Source: an uncultured Nitrososphaerota archaeon (GTDB taxonomy: Archaea; Thermoproteota; Nitrososphaeria; Conexivisphaerales; DTJL01). From it: a stretch of DNA of 64,000 bases. The notes under the pieces were generated by a model that searched no databases, was not told where the DNA came from, and saw nothing but the letters and a program-made list of their open reading frames with translations. Shown piece after piece: positions 39,384 to 48,632 of this stretch. Each line of letters opens with the position of its first letter. The first letter of the stretch is position 1. Made by a program: the position numbers and the translations under genes. The stretch covers positions 128,001 to 192,000 of the forward strand of contig CAWJIE010000002.1 of NCBI GenBank assembly GCA_963842885.1. Direction: 5' to 3'.

Positions 39384-39911
39384 TCACCTGTCCGTCAGGC
39401 GAATCAGGCAAAGGAACGAGAGGAAACCCAGGGCCACGAGAAGGCTCACGAGGTCCCTGACATTCAGGAGGTCGAGCCTGGCTACGAAGAACGGCATGTC
39501 CACATAGTCCCTATTCAGCACGAGGACGGCGTTCATGGCGTCCTGAGCCAGCCAGAGCCCAGAGGTAAGGAGGGCGAAGCCGAAGATGGAGGCAAGGACC
39601 CGGCTGACGGTCAATCGGAAGGGCTTCCACTGGGCGGCTTCGAAGACAACCAGGCCCACGTATGAGAGCCAAAGGAGCGTGTACGCCAGGTCGTGATAGG
39701 TCCAGACATCGGTGCGCATCCCCCCGAAGGGCAGGTCGACGAAGTTCCGCCCCAGGGAAACGACCGAGTCCAGGGTCTGCTGGAGCGCCCAGAAGCCCAA
39801 CGCGAAAAGAAGAAAAATCAGGCCGGCGGCGAACAGGTTCTTGATGATCGCCATGCCCCTTCCCGTAAGTATCCCCTGTTCGGCCGCGTTTGCGGAAGGC
39901 GATTCGCTCAA
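39384..39911 (-). CDS. Four-TM membrane protein with an internal two-fold repeat
   Basis: GFWALQQTLDSVVSLGRNFVDLPF versus GLWLAQDAMNAVLVLNRDYVDMPF. Confidence 0.7.
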   Translation of the reverse strand: MSESPSANAAEQGILTGRGMAIIKNLFAAGLIFLLFALGFWALQQTLDSVVSLGRNFVDLPFGGMRTDVWTYHDLAYTLLWLSYVGLVVFEAAQWKPFRLTVSRVLASIFGFALLTSGLWLAQDAMNAVLVLNRDYVDMPFFVARLDLLNVRDLVSLLVALGFLSFLCLIRLTDR

Positions 39912-40142
39912 CGCTCCGACACCTCTTACGTTGCTTGCTGCACCGCTTTCAACGCAGGGAATCTAGCCCGTTCAATCCCAGAAGGAGAAGGCATGCAATG
40001 GCTACATTGAACATGGTCTCTCGGCCGGCCTTTAACCATTATGCACCGGGAGGATGTTGGGCTCGTCTTTGGGACCGATGTCGTGAACCTGCTCTGTCCC
40101 TTGGTCTTTTGACGCCTCTCCGTTCCCCTGCTCTTGGGCTTC

Positions 40143-40290
40143 GGGTGTCGGTGAGGGTGTCGAGGGTGTCGGTGAGGGTGTCGGCTCTTGGGCAGGCTGG
40201 GTGTCGGAGGGTTTCGCTGTGGTTTCCTTGCTTGACTCTTGGGCTGCTGGTGTGGAGGCTGGTGTGGAAGGTGTGGAAGGGTGTGTGGAA
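40143..40290. repeat. Short tandem low-complexity repeats (gggtgtcggtga / ggtgtggaa)
   Basis: Seen directly; they encode PTPSPTPSTP-like runs on the minus strand (ORF 40032..40517). Confidence 0.7.
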
Positions 40291-40706
40291 GACTGTGCAG
40301 GGTGTGTGCGCGGCGTGGAATCCTGTGGAATCTCCACACCGCTTGATGTGGAACTCACCTTATCGCTATCTGATGGCGGCGTTATGTTGCTCAATAGCCA
40401 CCGAGCATTACCACTTGAAGGGGTGGTATAGGGCCATCTGTGATGGTCCAGGGCCTTGCACACTTTTTCACAGTGAGCCGCACGTTTTATCACACACAAA
40501 CAACACTTTGACCCCACATGGTAGCCTGCTGGCGTGCAGAGGTGGTGGAGAAAACAGGCTAATGACGGACAGAAGAATTGGTCTGCTGGTGGTCTGGTGG
40601 GCCTCCAGCCGAGTCGAGGAGGGTGTCAAAAGGTGTCGGGCCGTGCGGACCTTGTGCCGGCGTGATCGCCCAGGAGACGCCCAACACTAACAAGACGGTT
40701 TGACCG

Positions 40707-41090
40707 ATGGAAGGAGGAATCCGTCGGCCAGGTGCATCAGCAGGACTAGTCAGTAGTGGAGGTGGGCGACTGATGGAGGAACCTGGGCTGGAAAGACCGA
40801 AGGGCATCATCGAAACGCTGGCCGAACAACTAAGCCACGACTTTCAGGTGAGGGGACCATACGACGACTTCGTGAGGGCCATCACAGCGAAGGACGGGAT
40901 CGAAGCGGCTTGGTCGGCCACCTATGTCCACACCCCACAGCTCACAGCCATCCGAGAGCAGGCCCAGAAGGACTTCGAGACGAAGAAGCTGGCACTTCAG
41001 AAGGCAATAGCCGCATACCTTCCTTGTGCGCTGGCCTACCAACTTGAGAAGGCCGCCTGGGGTCAGGCGAGGGTGAAGAAGAATGGGTGA
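40707..41090 (+). CDS. Hypothetical helical protein
   Basis: 127-aa ORF, probable start at MEEPG; no family recognised. Confidence 0.5.
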   Translation: MEGGIRRPGASAGLVSSGGGRLMEEPGLERPKGIIETLAEQLSHDFQVRGPYDDFVRAITAKDGIEAAWSATYVHTPQLTAIREQAQKDFETKKLALQKAIAAYLPCALAYQLEKAAWGQARVKKNG

Positions 41091-41287
41091 ATACGGCTTC
41101 CTCATCTCGGAGAAGTGGTCCTCCTTCCTCTTCGAGGCCTCCAACTTCGGCCATATCTCTTGCTCCTTCGTCCATCTCGGGAAGATAGTAAGCGTGGAGT
41201 TCATCGGCGACAACTGCCGCGAGAACACCGAAGAATGACAGATATACAAGCGACGGGGACGTCCCCCAGCTGGAGACGCAGAGAGAA

Positions 41288-41863
41288 TTGTCGGCGCCCA
41301 AGCAGGAGAAACCCTACCCAGCGAGCCTGGCCTTCCTCCTGAACAACCCCATCAAGAGATGGATTCAGCCGCCCTCCGGGCTCCTGGACATGCTGGAGAT
41401 CAAGCCCACCGATACCGTGGTCGACTTCGGCTGCGGACCGGGGTTCTATACGCTCGGGATCGCCCAGAGGGCTAGGTCGGCGGTGGCGGTGGATATTTCG
41501 CCTGAGATGCTGGGGAAGGTCCAGGACGCCGCGACGAGGGCCGGCGCCACCAACATCCAGTTCATTCAGAGCGACGGCAGGAGGCTCCAGCTGGGGGACC
41601 GGTCGACGGACAAGGTGCTCCTCGTGAAGGTCTACCATGAGGTTCAGGAGCACGAGGCGGTCCTGAGGGAGTTCGGCAGGGTCCTCAGGCCCGAGGGGAG
41701 GCTCATCCTGGTGGAGAGGGTGAAAAAGGGCCTCCTCCCCGGGCCTCCCGTTCAGGACCCTGACGCACTGAAGGAGGAGGTCGAATCGTCCGGATTGTTC
41801 AGGCTACAGAACGCCCTGCCCCGCGGCGCTCTTTCCGTCCTCATCTTTGGGAAGAGCGTGTAA
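41288..41863 (+). CDS. Class I SAM-dependent methyltransferase (UbiE-like)
   Basis: VVDFGCGPG, AVDISPEML and RVLRPEGRL motifs. Confidence 0.9.
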   Translation: MSAPKQEKPYPASLAFLLNNPIKRWIQPPSGLLDMLEIKPTDTVVDFGCGPGFYTLGIAQRARSAVAVDISPEMLGKVQDAATRAGATNIQFIQSDGRRLQLGDRSTDKVLLVKVYHEVQEHEAVLREFGRVLRPEGRLILVERVKKGLLPGPPVQDPDALKEEVESSGLFRLQNALPRGALSVLIFGKSV

Positions 41864-42005
41864 GGCGCTCCTAGCCCACTCCGGCGGCAGGACGATAGGG
41901 CTCACTCGAGGAGTTACAGGAGGCGCGTAACGTTCACTTCAGGGCAGGAAGGCCTGCCTAGCGGCTGAAGCAAGAACAAACCGTCTCCGATCATACGGAA
42001 GTTGT

Positions 42006-42908
42006 CTATGGAGGAGCTCTTGATGGTGTTGCCGTAGCCCAAGCAGCAAGGAAGGGCTCCCGTTCACCCCCTAGTTGGCCTAGTCGCCGGGAGCCTGGCC
42101 CGAGTCGAAGATGGGGCAGAATGCGGCGACCTCCCCCTTCGAGCCTTCGATGGCCACCGCGGTGGAGCCGTCCCCGGCATGTCACGCTGCTGAGCTTCCA
42201 CCCCTGCTCCAGCCCTCCGCCATGGACCCAGTCGGCGACGGCCTTGAGCCGTTCGTCCTTCAACTCCTCGCCGCCGAGCGAGCCCGCGTACCTGACCGCC
42301 AGCTCCACCTTCCTGAAGAGCTCCTCAGGGAGCTCCCCGACCAGGACCCTCTGCGCCAGCGCGCCCAGGAGCTCCTCCCTCCTCTTCTCCTCCTTGGCCC
42401 TCGTTTCGTAGCTGGCCAGGTAGAAGAGGGTGATGAAGGCCACTATGGCCACGAGGCCCTGGGGGGACCTGACGAAGAGGAGCACATAGCCCGCCCACGG
42501 TATGACCAGGGCGGGCACCCCGAGGACCTGGTCGGCTTGGACCGCGTTCGGGTCGTTCAACAGGTTGTTGTCGCCCTTCGTCTGGTAGGACAGCTGGCCG
42601 TCGGACCCGGCCTGGACTCCGACGATCCTGTGGATGACGACGGGCTTCAGCAGCGAGTCGAGCGCCCCGATCCCCGTGCCTGATTGCACGAACACGATGA
42701 TGGAGCCGTTGGCTATGGAATGAGGCGCACCCCTGAAGAGGACGAGGTCGCCGTTCTGAAGGGTGGGGTACATGGAGGTCCCTTCGACGATGGCGAAGGG
42801 GTAGGTCGACGTCCCCATGACGACGGGGAGGACGGCCAGAAACACGAGGACGGCGACCGTAACTATGATCTCGACGTTCCTCTTCTTCAGGAAATCCTGT
42901 CTCTTCAA
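42006..42908 (-). CDS. Signal peptidase I, S26 Ser-His type (SipW/Sec11-like), with C-terminal extension
   Basis: VEGTSMYPTLQNGDLV, VIHRIV and TKGDNN..D motifs. Confidence 0.92.
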   Translation of the reverse strand: MKRQDFLKKRNVEIIVTVAVLVFLAVLPVVMGTSTYPFAIVEGTSMYPTLQNGDLVLFRGAPHSIANGSIIVFVQSGTGIGALDSLLKPVVIHRIVGVQAGSDGQLSYQTKGDNNLLNDPNAVQADQVLGVPALVIPWAGYVLLFVRSPQGLVAIVAFITLFYLASYETRAKEEKRREELLGALAQRVLVGELPEELFRKVELAVRYAGSLGGEELKDERLKAVADWVHGGGLEQGWKLSSVTCRGRLHRGGHRRLEGGGRRILPHLRLGPGSRRLGQLGGEREPFLAAWATATPSRAPP

Positions 42909-42909
42909 C

Positions 42910-45060
42910 CTATGTCAACACCCTGTACGGGACCTGGAAGTTGGTGGGCTGGCCTGCCCCCCAATAAATCGTGTAGCTGGGTGGAAGGCCGACGCCCGAA
43001 GGAGCTGTCAGGACGACGACGAGATAGCCGTTCGCCGGGATGCTCGCTGGGCCTCCGCTAAAGGACGTCGAAAGCTGGAATTCGGACGAGGTGATGGTCC
43101 CCGTCGAGAGGCCGTTGGCCACCACCCCCTGGACCACGCCCGAGGCGTCGGTGACGTAGACGGAGAAGCTCATTCCCCCCGACAGGGGGACGGCCGGGGA
43201 GTAGCTGCAGTAGATGCTCCCTTCGTAGCCCTCGCTGTGGCCGGGGGCCCAAGGGCTGGGGAGGGAGATGGGCAGGGCGAGGAAGTCATAGTACTCCGTC
43301 CCTCCTGACGTCGACACGGCCATGCCGGGGTTGTCGGCGGCGTCACAGGTCACCGTGAGGAGGTAGTCGGTGCCGTTGACGAGGGAGGGACGGGTGCCGA
43401 AGTTGAAGGAGTACCAGGCCCAGGAGGAGGTCACGTTGAGCTCCCTGGTCTGGGTCGCGGCCACCAGCTGGTAAGGGCTTGAGGTGGTGTCGTAGAGGGC
43501 GCAGGTGTAGTTCACGTTCAGCGAGCCCGACGCGGACGACAGGGCCACGGTGATGGACCTGGCGGCCTGCCCATTGCCGCCCGAGAAGGTGAACCTGAAG
43601 CCGCGGACGTAGACGTTCATCGAGGCGCCCCGGACGGCGCCGAAAGTGGAGGTCGGCATTACGTTGTTGGGGACGAAGGACCTGACCCTGAACCAGTAAA
43701 CGGTCATGGTGTCGGTCGGGTTCCAGCCAGTCATCCACATACCGGGGTAGTTGGCCGCCAGGGGGACCGTCCCTGTAACCGTCACCACGTTGGCGTAGTT
43801 CTGTGTGGAGGTCGCGACGGTGGAGTTCACGGCGAGGGATGTCACCTGGAGCACGGAGGAGGCGGGGCTGGGGGTGATGGAGGTGCTACCCCCCGGGATT
43901 ACGAGGCTGTAGAACCCGTCGGAGCCCTGAGGGGGGTATATCTGCTGGGCAGCGCCGCTCGTCACCGTGTAGGACACCGTGTCCGTCTGGATGTTGCAGT
44001 AGGACAGGCCTATCCATGCGCCGTTGCTTCCCATCTGGTAGGCGTCTAGCGCCAGCGGGCCCGCGTAAGGGTTCACCAGTGTGAAAGCGTAGCCCGCCAC
44101 TGAGTAGGGGTTCACCGTGAGCCCGTTGTTCACAGAGTAGTACCCCACGGCGCCGGTGGTGTACCACGCGCGGCTCAGGGTGGTGCCCGCGAAGTTGTCG
44201 TAGAAGGAGAAGGTGAGGTTGCCATTGTCGTACTGGCCGTACGAGGGAGACAGGGTGGGGGCCTCCCCCAAGTAGCCGGCGGCGTTGAAGTTGTTCGTAG
44301 ATAGAGGGTAGAAGCCCATGTAGGCGGTGGAGCACCCCCCTGCCGGTATGGAGGAGCTCAGCTCCACCCAGACGACGGAGGAGGTGGAGGCGCTGCTGTT
44401 GCCGCTCTCAAGCCAGGAATACAAAGGGCTCCAGCTCGCATCGAAAAAGCCGACGTTCTGGAGGTTCGCCGCCAGGTAGGAGGAGTAGCCGGACCAGTTG
44501 ACCGTCAGCATGACCTGAGTTCCGGCCGCGACGGGCGAAGTCTGAGAGTTGACCAGGGTCACGGGAACGTACGCCACCACTCCCGCAGGCGGGGAGGGCG
44601 CCCTGCCGAGGGCCTCGGAGGACGATTCGATGGAGGCGTCACCGAAGGTCCCCCCGCCGCTCGAAGCCGACGCCCAGAGGTCCAGCACCCAATTTCCGGC
44701 GCTGACTGAAGTCGCACTGGTGAACTGGGGAGACCACAGGTAGGCGGTGGCCCCATTGCTCACCGCGTAGGAGCCGCTGCTGCCGGAGGGGGTCAGGGCG
44801 GTGTTCGTGTTCGGCGTCGAGCCTGAAGGGCCCGAGGCGGTCTCGAAGTACACGTTCGTCAATGAGCCATATTTCGTCTGGAGGGTAACCGTAGTCACGC
44901 TGACCGACGCCGCGAAGGAGGCTACGGAGAGGGTGGAGATTAGGAGGATGGAAAGGAGGAACCTCTTCAGGCCTTCCTGCCCCCAAAAGAGGAAACGCCG
45001 ACTGTGAAGCCGCAAACAATCAGAAAAACCGGGGAGGTATGCGGGCCCTCGCCCGCACAC
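42910..45060 (-). CDS. Large secreted protein with DUF2341-like domain, putative fibre-associated adhesin (true start probably ~44970)
   Basis: Signal LKRFLLSILLISTLSVASFA; YVPVTLVNSQ, LYSWLESG, VWVEL and GEAPTLSPSYGQYDNG..F.FYDNF. Confidence 0.8.
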   Translation of the reverse strand: MCGRGPAYLPGFSDCLRLHSRRFLFWGQEGLKRFLLSILLISTLSVASFAASVSVTTVTLQTKYGSLTNVYFETASGPSGSTPNTNTALTPSGSSGSYAVSNGATAYLWSPQFTSATSVSAGNWVLDLWASASSGGGTFGDASIESSSEALGRAPSPPAGVVAYVPVTLVNSQTSPVAAGTQVMLTVNWSGYSSYLAANLQNVGFFDASWSPLYSWLESGNSSASTSSVVWVELSSSIPAGGCSTAYMGFYPLSTNNFNAAGYLGEAPTLSPSYGQYDNGNLTFSFYDNFAGTTLSRAWYTTGAVGYYSVNNGLTVNPYSVAGYAFTLVNPYAGPLALDAYQMGSNGAWIGLSYCNIQTDTVSYTVTSGAAQQIYPPQGSDGFYSLVIPGGSTSITPSPASSVLQVTSLAVNSTVATSTQNYANVVTVTGTVPLAANYPGMWMTGWNPTDTMTVYWFRVRSFVPNNVMPTSTFGAVRGASMNVYVRGFRFTFSGGNGQAARSITVALSSASGSLNVNYTCALYDTTSSPYQLVAATQTRELNVTSSWAWYSFNFGTRPSLVNGTDYLLTVTCDAADNPGMAVSTSGGTEYYDFLALPISLPSPWAPGHSEGYEGSIYCSYSPAVPLSGGMSFSVYVTDASGVVQGVVANGLSTGTITSSEFQLSTSFSGGPASIPANGYLVVVLTAPSGVGLPPSYTIYWGAGQPTNFQVPYRVLT

Positions 45061-45069
45061 GCGTTCATC

Positions 45070-45543
45070 CTACGTCACCGAGATGACGATCCCTGTTGGT
45101 GCTGTAAAGGAGCTGGCTTGCATGTCGAACAGGAAGGTCATCGAGCCTGCGATCGTGCTGCTGTTGGTGAAAGTGATCGTAGCGAGTGCAGTATAGGTCG
45201 TGCCAGCGCTCCAGCTGACCGTGATCACGTGGCTGCTTCCGAACAGCCCTGCGGCGGGGGCCAGGGAGACGCTGAAGAACCAGTCGCCGGCAGTCAGTGC
45301 CGTCTGAGCCGTGGTTCCAGTCGCCCATGTCGGGGACGCTGTCGCTGCGCCGGAGTTGGTGACGACGAAGAACCCGTTGCTTGTGGCAGTGAAGCCTCCG
45401 TATACCACGTAGTAGACGCCACTCTGCGATTGAAGCGTGGACGTGGTCACTCCGACTGTTGCGGCAAACGAGGCCACCGAGAACATGGAGATGAGTAGTA
45501 GTGGCAGTAGGACCTTGATTGATAGCTTGCTTTTGATAGACAT
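45070..45543 (-). CDS. Small secreted S/T/G-rich protein, putative major fibre subunit
   Basis: LLLISMFSVASFAATVGVTTSTLQ N-terminus shared with the downstream gene; first gene of the signal-peptidase operon. Confidence 0.8.
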   Translation of the reverse strand: MSIKSKLSIKVLLPLLLISMFSVASFAATVGVTTSTLQSQSGVYYVVYGGFTATSNGFFVVTNSGAATASPTWATGTTAQTALTAGDWFFSVSLAPAAGLFGSSHVITVSWSAGTTYTALATITFTNSSTIAGSMTFLFDMQASSFTAPTGIVISVT

Positions 45544-45855
45544 GCTAGTGAATAGAGTGCATTCCCTCTTTCGCTATATGAGCGGGGGTCTTTTTCTTGC
45601 AACTTTCATGTGAATTTCTTTTATGTCGGTAGTTGGATGGGCGAAAAGCTTGAGTTTCTCCCCTTTTGGCAAGATATAAATGCCATTATACATAGAAAGG
45701 CGACGCTTTCGGCCCCTGAAGCGACTCCCTCCTGCAGGAGGCCCCTCCGCCATGTCCGTATCCTGTCGTCGGCCAGCCGACCGTGAACCCCTGTGAAGTT
45801 TCAGTTGACTGACAAAGTATAAACAGCTGAACCGAGGCGTCCCGGTTAACCGCTA

Positions 45856-46569
45856 ATGCTATCCAGCCCCATCTGCACCGAATGCGGGTGCCAGGAGGAA
45901 TCATGCGAGAGCTGCCAGAAGCCCAGCGAGTGCGTCAACTGCGTCTCCTGCTGCTGTTCTCAGGGTCACATGGCCTGGAGGCGGGACAGGATCCATCAGG
46001 GGGTCATGCTCGAATACTATAGCCTCGGATGGATGTCCATCGAGGTCATCGGCTCGATCGGGATTGGACTGCTGTCGAGCAGCTTCGCCCTCATCGCCTT
46101 CGGGAGCGACAGCCTGGTTGAAATCGCCTCCGCGTTCGCTGTGATGCTCCATCTAAGGGGCGACGCATCCGGGTCGAACGATTTCGGCGAGGGCACGGAA
46201 AGGCTCACGAAGTTCCTCCTCGTCGCCCTCCTCCCGATAATCGGAGGAGGTGCACTCTACTCCTACTTCACTGGGGTTGAGCCCGAGTCCTCCCTCTTGG
46301 GCATCGCCGTCTCCCTTGGAGCCGCCATCATCATGCCAGTGCTTTGGATTCAGAAGAGGAGGATAGGGAGGGAGACGAACTGCGCGCCCCTCTCGGTGGA
46401 CGCCGTTCAATCGGCCACCTGTTTCCTGATGTCTCTCGCTTTGCTCGGAGGTCTGCTCATCAACTATCTCTTCGGCATACACTGGGTGGATTACGCTGCC
46501 ACGGCTGTGATCCTCGCCTTCGTATCCAAGGAAGCCGTAGAGGCGTTCAACGAGCGGAACCCTTCTTGA
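45856..46569 (+). CDS. Cation diffusion facilitator (TM domain only) with Cys-rich N-terminus
   Basis: SFALIAFGSDSLVE, SVDAVQSATC and WVDYAA motifs; 10 Cys in the first 34 aa; gtataaa TATA ~30 nt upstream. Confidence 0.85.
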   Translation: MLSSPICTECGCQEESCESCQKPSECVNCVSCCCSQGHMAWRRDRIHQGVMLEYYSLGWMSIEVIGSIGIGLLSSSFALIAFGSDSLVEIASAFAVMLHLRGDASGSNDFGEGTERLTKFLLVALLPIIGGGALYSYFTGVEPESSLLGIAVSLGAAIIMPVLWIQKRRIGRETNCAPLSVDAVQSATCFLMSLALLGGLLINYLFGIHWVDYAATAVILAFVSKEAVEAFNERNPS

Positions 46570-46868
46570 GCTGCTGTTGCGCGCCTTGCTTCCCATGCCC
46601 AAAGAACTTCTCAAAACTCCTCGCCGAAGCCCCTTGCTCGTAGCGGTTCAGGATGATTTGAATGCCCTGTGGCCCGATGTCTTTCACCTGTTCCTTTCCT
46701 TGACCCTCCGACACCTGCGCCTTCGCCTGCCCTTGGTCTGACGGTTGGCTGACAGTCATCGGGAAAGGGCCCCACCTGGTCGCTGTCCTAGTGTAAGACG
46801 TTCCGTCGAAGATACGTTCCGTCAACGTGGAGATACTCTTAATACATCTCATGGGCACCTCACTTTCA

Positions 46869-47342
46869 ATGCCGATGAGCGAAGAGGAGCTGGAGTTCCA
46901 CAAGAAGGAAGCCCGCCACTGCTTCAACCACGCCTGGGATTACCTGGACAAGGGAGATCGCAGCCCCCAGGACGATGTCGAGATGCTACATCTTGCGCAC
47001 GCGTCGCGCTACCACTGGGGACTGGTGGGCGGCGTCAGGGAGGCCGCAATCGGAGAGTGGCAGATCTCGAGGATATACGCCGCCATCGGCCAGCCGTCCC
47101 TGTCCCTCCGATTCGCCGCCCAAGCCCTTGGCATATGTGAGTTGAACGACCTCACGGACCTCCTCCACGTCGCCTTTGAAGGGATGGCCAGGGCCTCCAT
47201 AGCCATGGGGGACCAGGAGACAGCCAGGACCTTCCTTCTGAAGGCGCGCGCCAACCTGGAGACCCTCCACTTGGACGCCGACGACAGGAAGGCCTACCTC
47301 CAGCAGATAGAGGACACCGAAGGCCTGCTCAGGGCGAAATGA
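46869..47342 (+). CDS. Conserved hypothetical all-helical (TPR-like) protein
   Basis: FNHAWDYLDK, MLHLAHASRYHW, GEWQISRIYA and AFEGMARA. Confidence 0.75.
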   Translation: MPMSEEELEFHKKEARHCFNHAWDYLDKGDRSPQDDVEMLHLAHASRYHWGLVGGVREAAIGEWQISRIYAAIGQPSLSLRFAAQALGICELNDLTDLLHVAFEGMARASIAMGDQETARTFLLKARANLETLHLDADDRKAYLQQIEDTEGLLRAK

Positions 47343-47432
47343 CCAGCTGGCTTCACCGGGCCCGCCGGAACCTCGCGTTCCTGAAGAGCCCGACGAAGTG
47401 AAGCCTGAACGAAAGCAAGGCCACCCAGCGGT

Positions 47433-47481
47433 TATGGCATCTTTGAATATCTATTGCTGCTGGAGAGCGGAGCGGCATCAC
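47433..47481 (+). repeat. Repeat family B, 5'-half copy
   Basis: atggcatctttgaatatctattgctgctggagagcggagcggcatcac. Confidence 0.7.
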
Positions 47482-47570
47482 GTCCCAACAACCCCTCCAT
47501 GAGGAAGTGACTGCTGGAGTCATCGGGTGTCACGGCTTCGTCGCCAGCAGGCAGGACCTGCCGAACTGGT

Positions 47571-48167
47571 CTAGCTTGTGGTCTTCCCTTCCGCAGCCCT
47601 GCTCACTATGCGGAAGATGGTGCTCAACATGAGGATCGCCTGCTCAGTGGGCGGCTCCAGGCTGACGATCTGGAAGTACCTCTCCTTCCCTGAAGGTTCC
47701 GCCTGGGGCACCATCACGACGTCTCCTGGCGAGACGGGGACGCCGTTGAGGGCCAATTCGATGTACCGGGCGTCAACTGAAGGCGTCTCAGCCAACGACA
47801 TGACCTCTACATAGTTGGCCGGAAGGGCCTTCACCCTCCGCAGGCTGACGGTTTCGCCCACAGACACCCTCGCGTTCTCCCTCGTCACGCGGTCCATCTT
47901 CGTTACGCCTCTGTCCACCGGCTGACGAGAGCCGTCGGCCACGACCTCGCCGGCGTCCGTCCGTTCGTCGCCCAGCGGAAGGCACATGGCGACCGTCCTC
48001 CTCCTCCCAAGGACCTCGAGAACGTCCCCCGCCGATGCGCCCAGGGCCTCCATGGTCTCTGCGTCCACCCTGACCACTCCTCGCCCTGCGTCCCTGTCCC
48101 ACGCCTCAAGGACCTTCAAGCTGATGCTTTTAATCACCAAGGTCAGAGAGACACCTCCGCCCTTCAT
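47571..48167 (-). CDS. Stand-alone Cdc48/VAT N-terminal domain protein (no AAA module)
   Basis: LKVLEAWDRDAGRGVVRVD..TMEALG...GDVLEVLGRRRTVA...MDRVTRENARVSVGETV, plus second subdomain; clean stop. Confidence 0.85.
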   Translation of the reverse strand: MKGGGVSLTLVIKSISLKVLEAWDRDAGRGVVRVDAETMEALGASAGDVLEVLGRRRTVAMCLPLGDERTDAGEVVADGSRQPVDRGVTKMDRVTRENARVSVGETVSLRRVKALPANYVEVMSLAETPSVDARYIELALNGVPVSPGDVVMVPQAEPSGKERYFQIVSLEPPTEQAILMLSTIFRIVSRAAEGKTTS

Positions 48168-48284
48168 GCAATCCTAGTGCGTCGGGCACTCTTAAACAAT
48201 CATCCTAAGTCGTACGATTGGTCACCCAGTCCGCATGGGAAGACGACGGCAAGGGTGAACCAGGAGGGTTTGAGACTCTGAGAG

Positions 48285-48632
48285 CTACTTCATCAGCTCC
48301 GCCATGGCGACGTGGAGCTGCCGGGGGGCCGCCATGGATAGGGCCGTCCTCAGCCTCTCCGCCGCCTGCAGCTGCCTTTCGATCCTCTTCCTCTGGTTCC
48401 TCTCGTGGACAAGGCGGTCGACATCCTCCCCCATCATCGTCTTCAGGAGGGAGGCGAATCCGGGGGACATCTGGCCCAGCCTTATCCTTTCAATTTCCGC
48501 GTCGACTCCCCTGTTGCAGATGCCCCTGATGGAGGAGAGCATGGCCCCGTCGGCGGCGGCCGCCTCCTCCCTGACCTTCCCGAGCCTTTCGGCGAGGAGC
48601 AGAGCCTCCTCCGAGAGCCTACGCTGGCCCAC
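48285..48632 (-). CDS. Small helical hypothetical protein, coupled to the upstream coiled-coil gene
   Basis: Overlaps the upstream stop by 14 nt; charged helical composition. Confidence 0.6.
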   Translation of the reverse strand: MGQRRLSEEALLLAERLGKVREEAAAADGAMLSSIRGICNRGVDAEIERIRLGQMSPGFASLLKTMMGEDVDRLVHERNQRKRIERQLQAAERLRTALSMAAPRQLHVAMAELMK

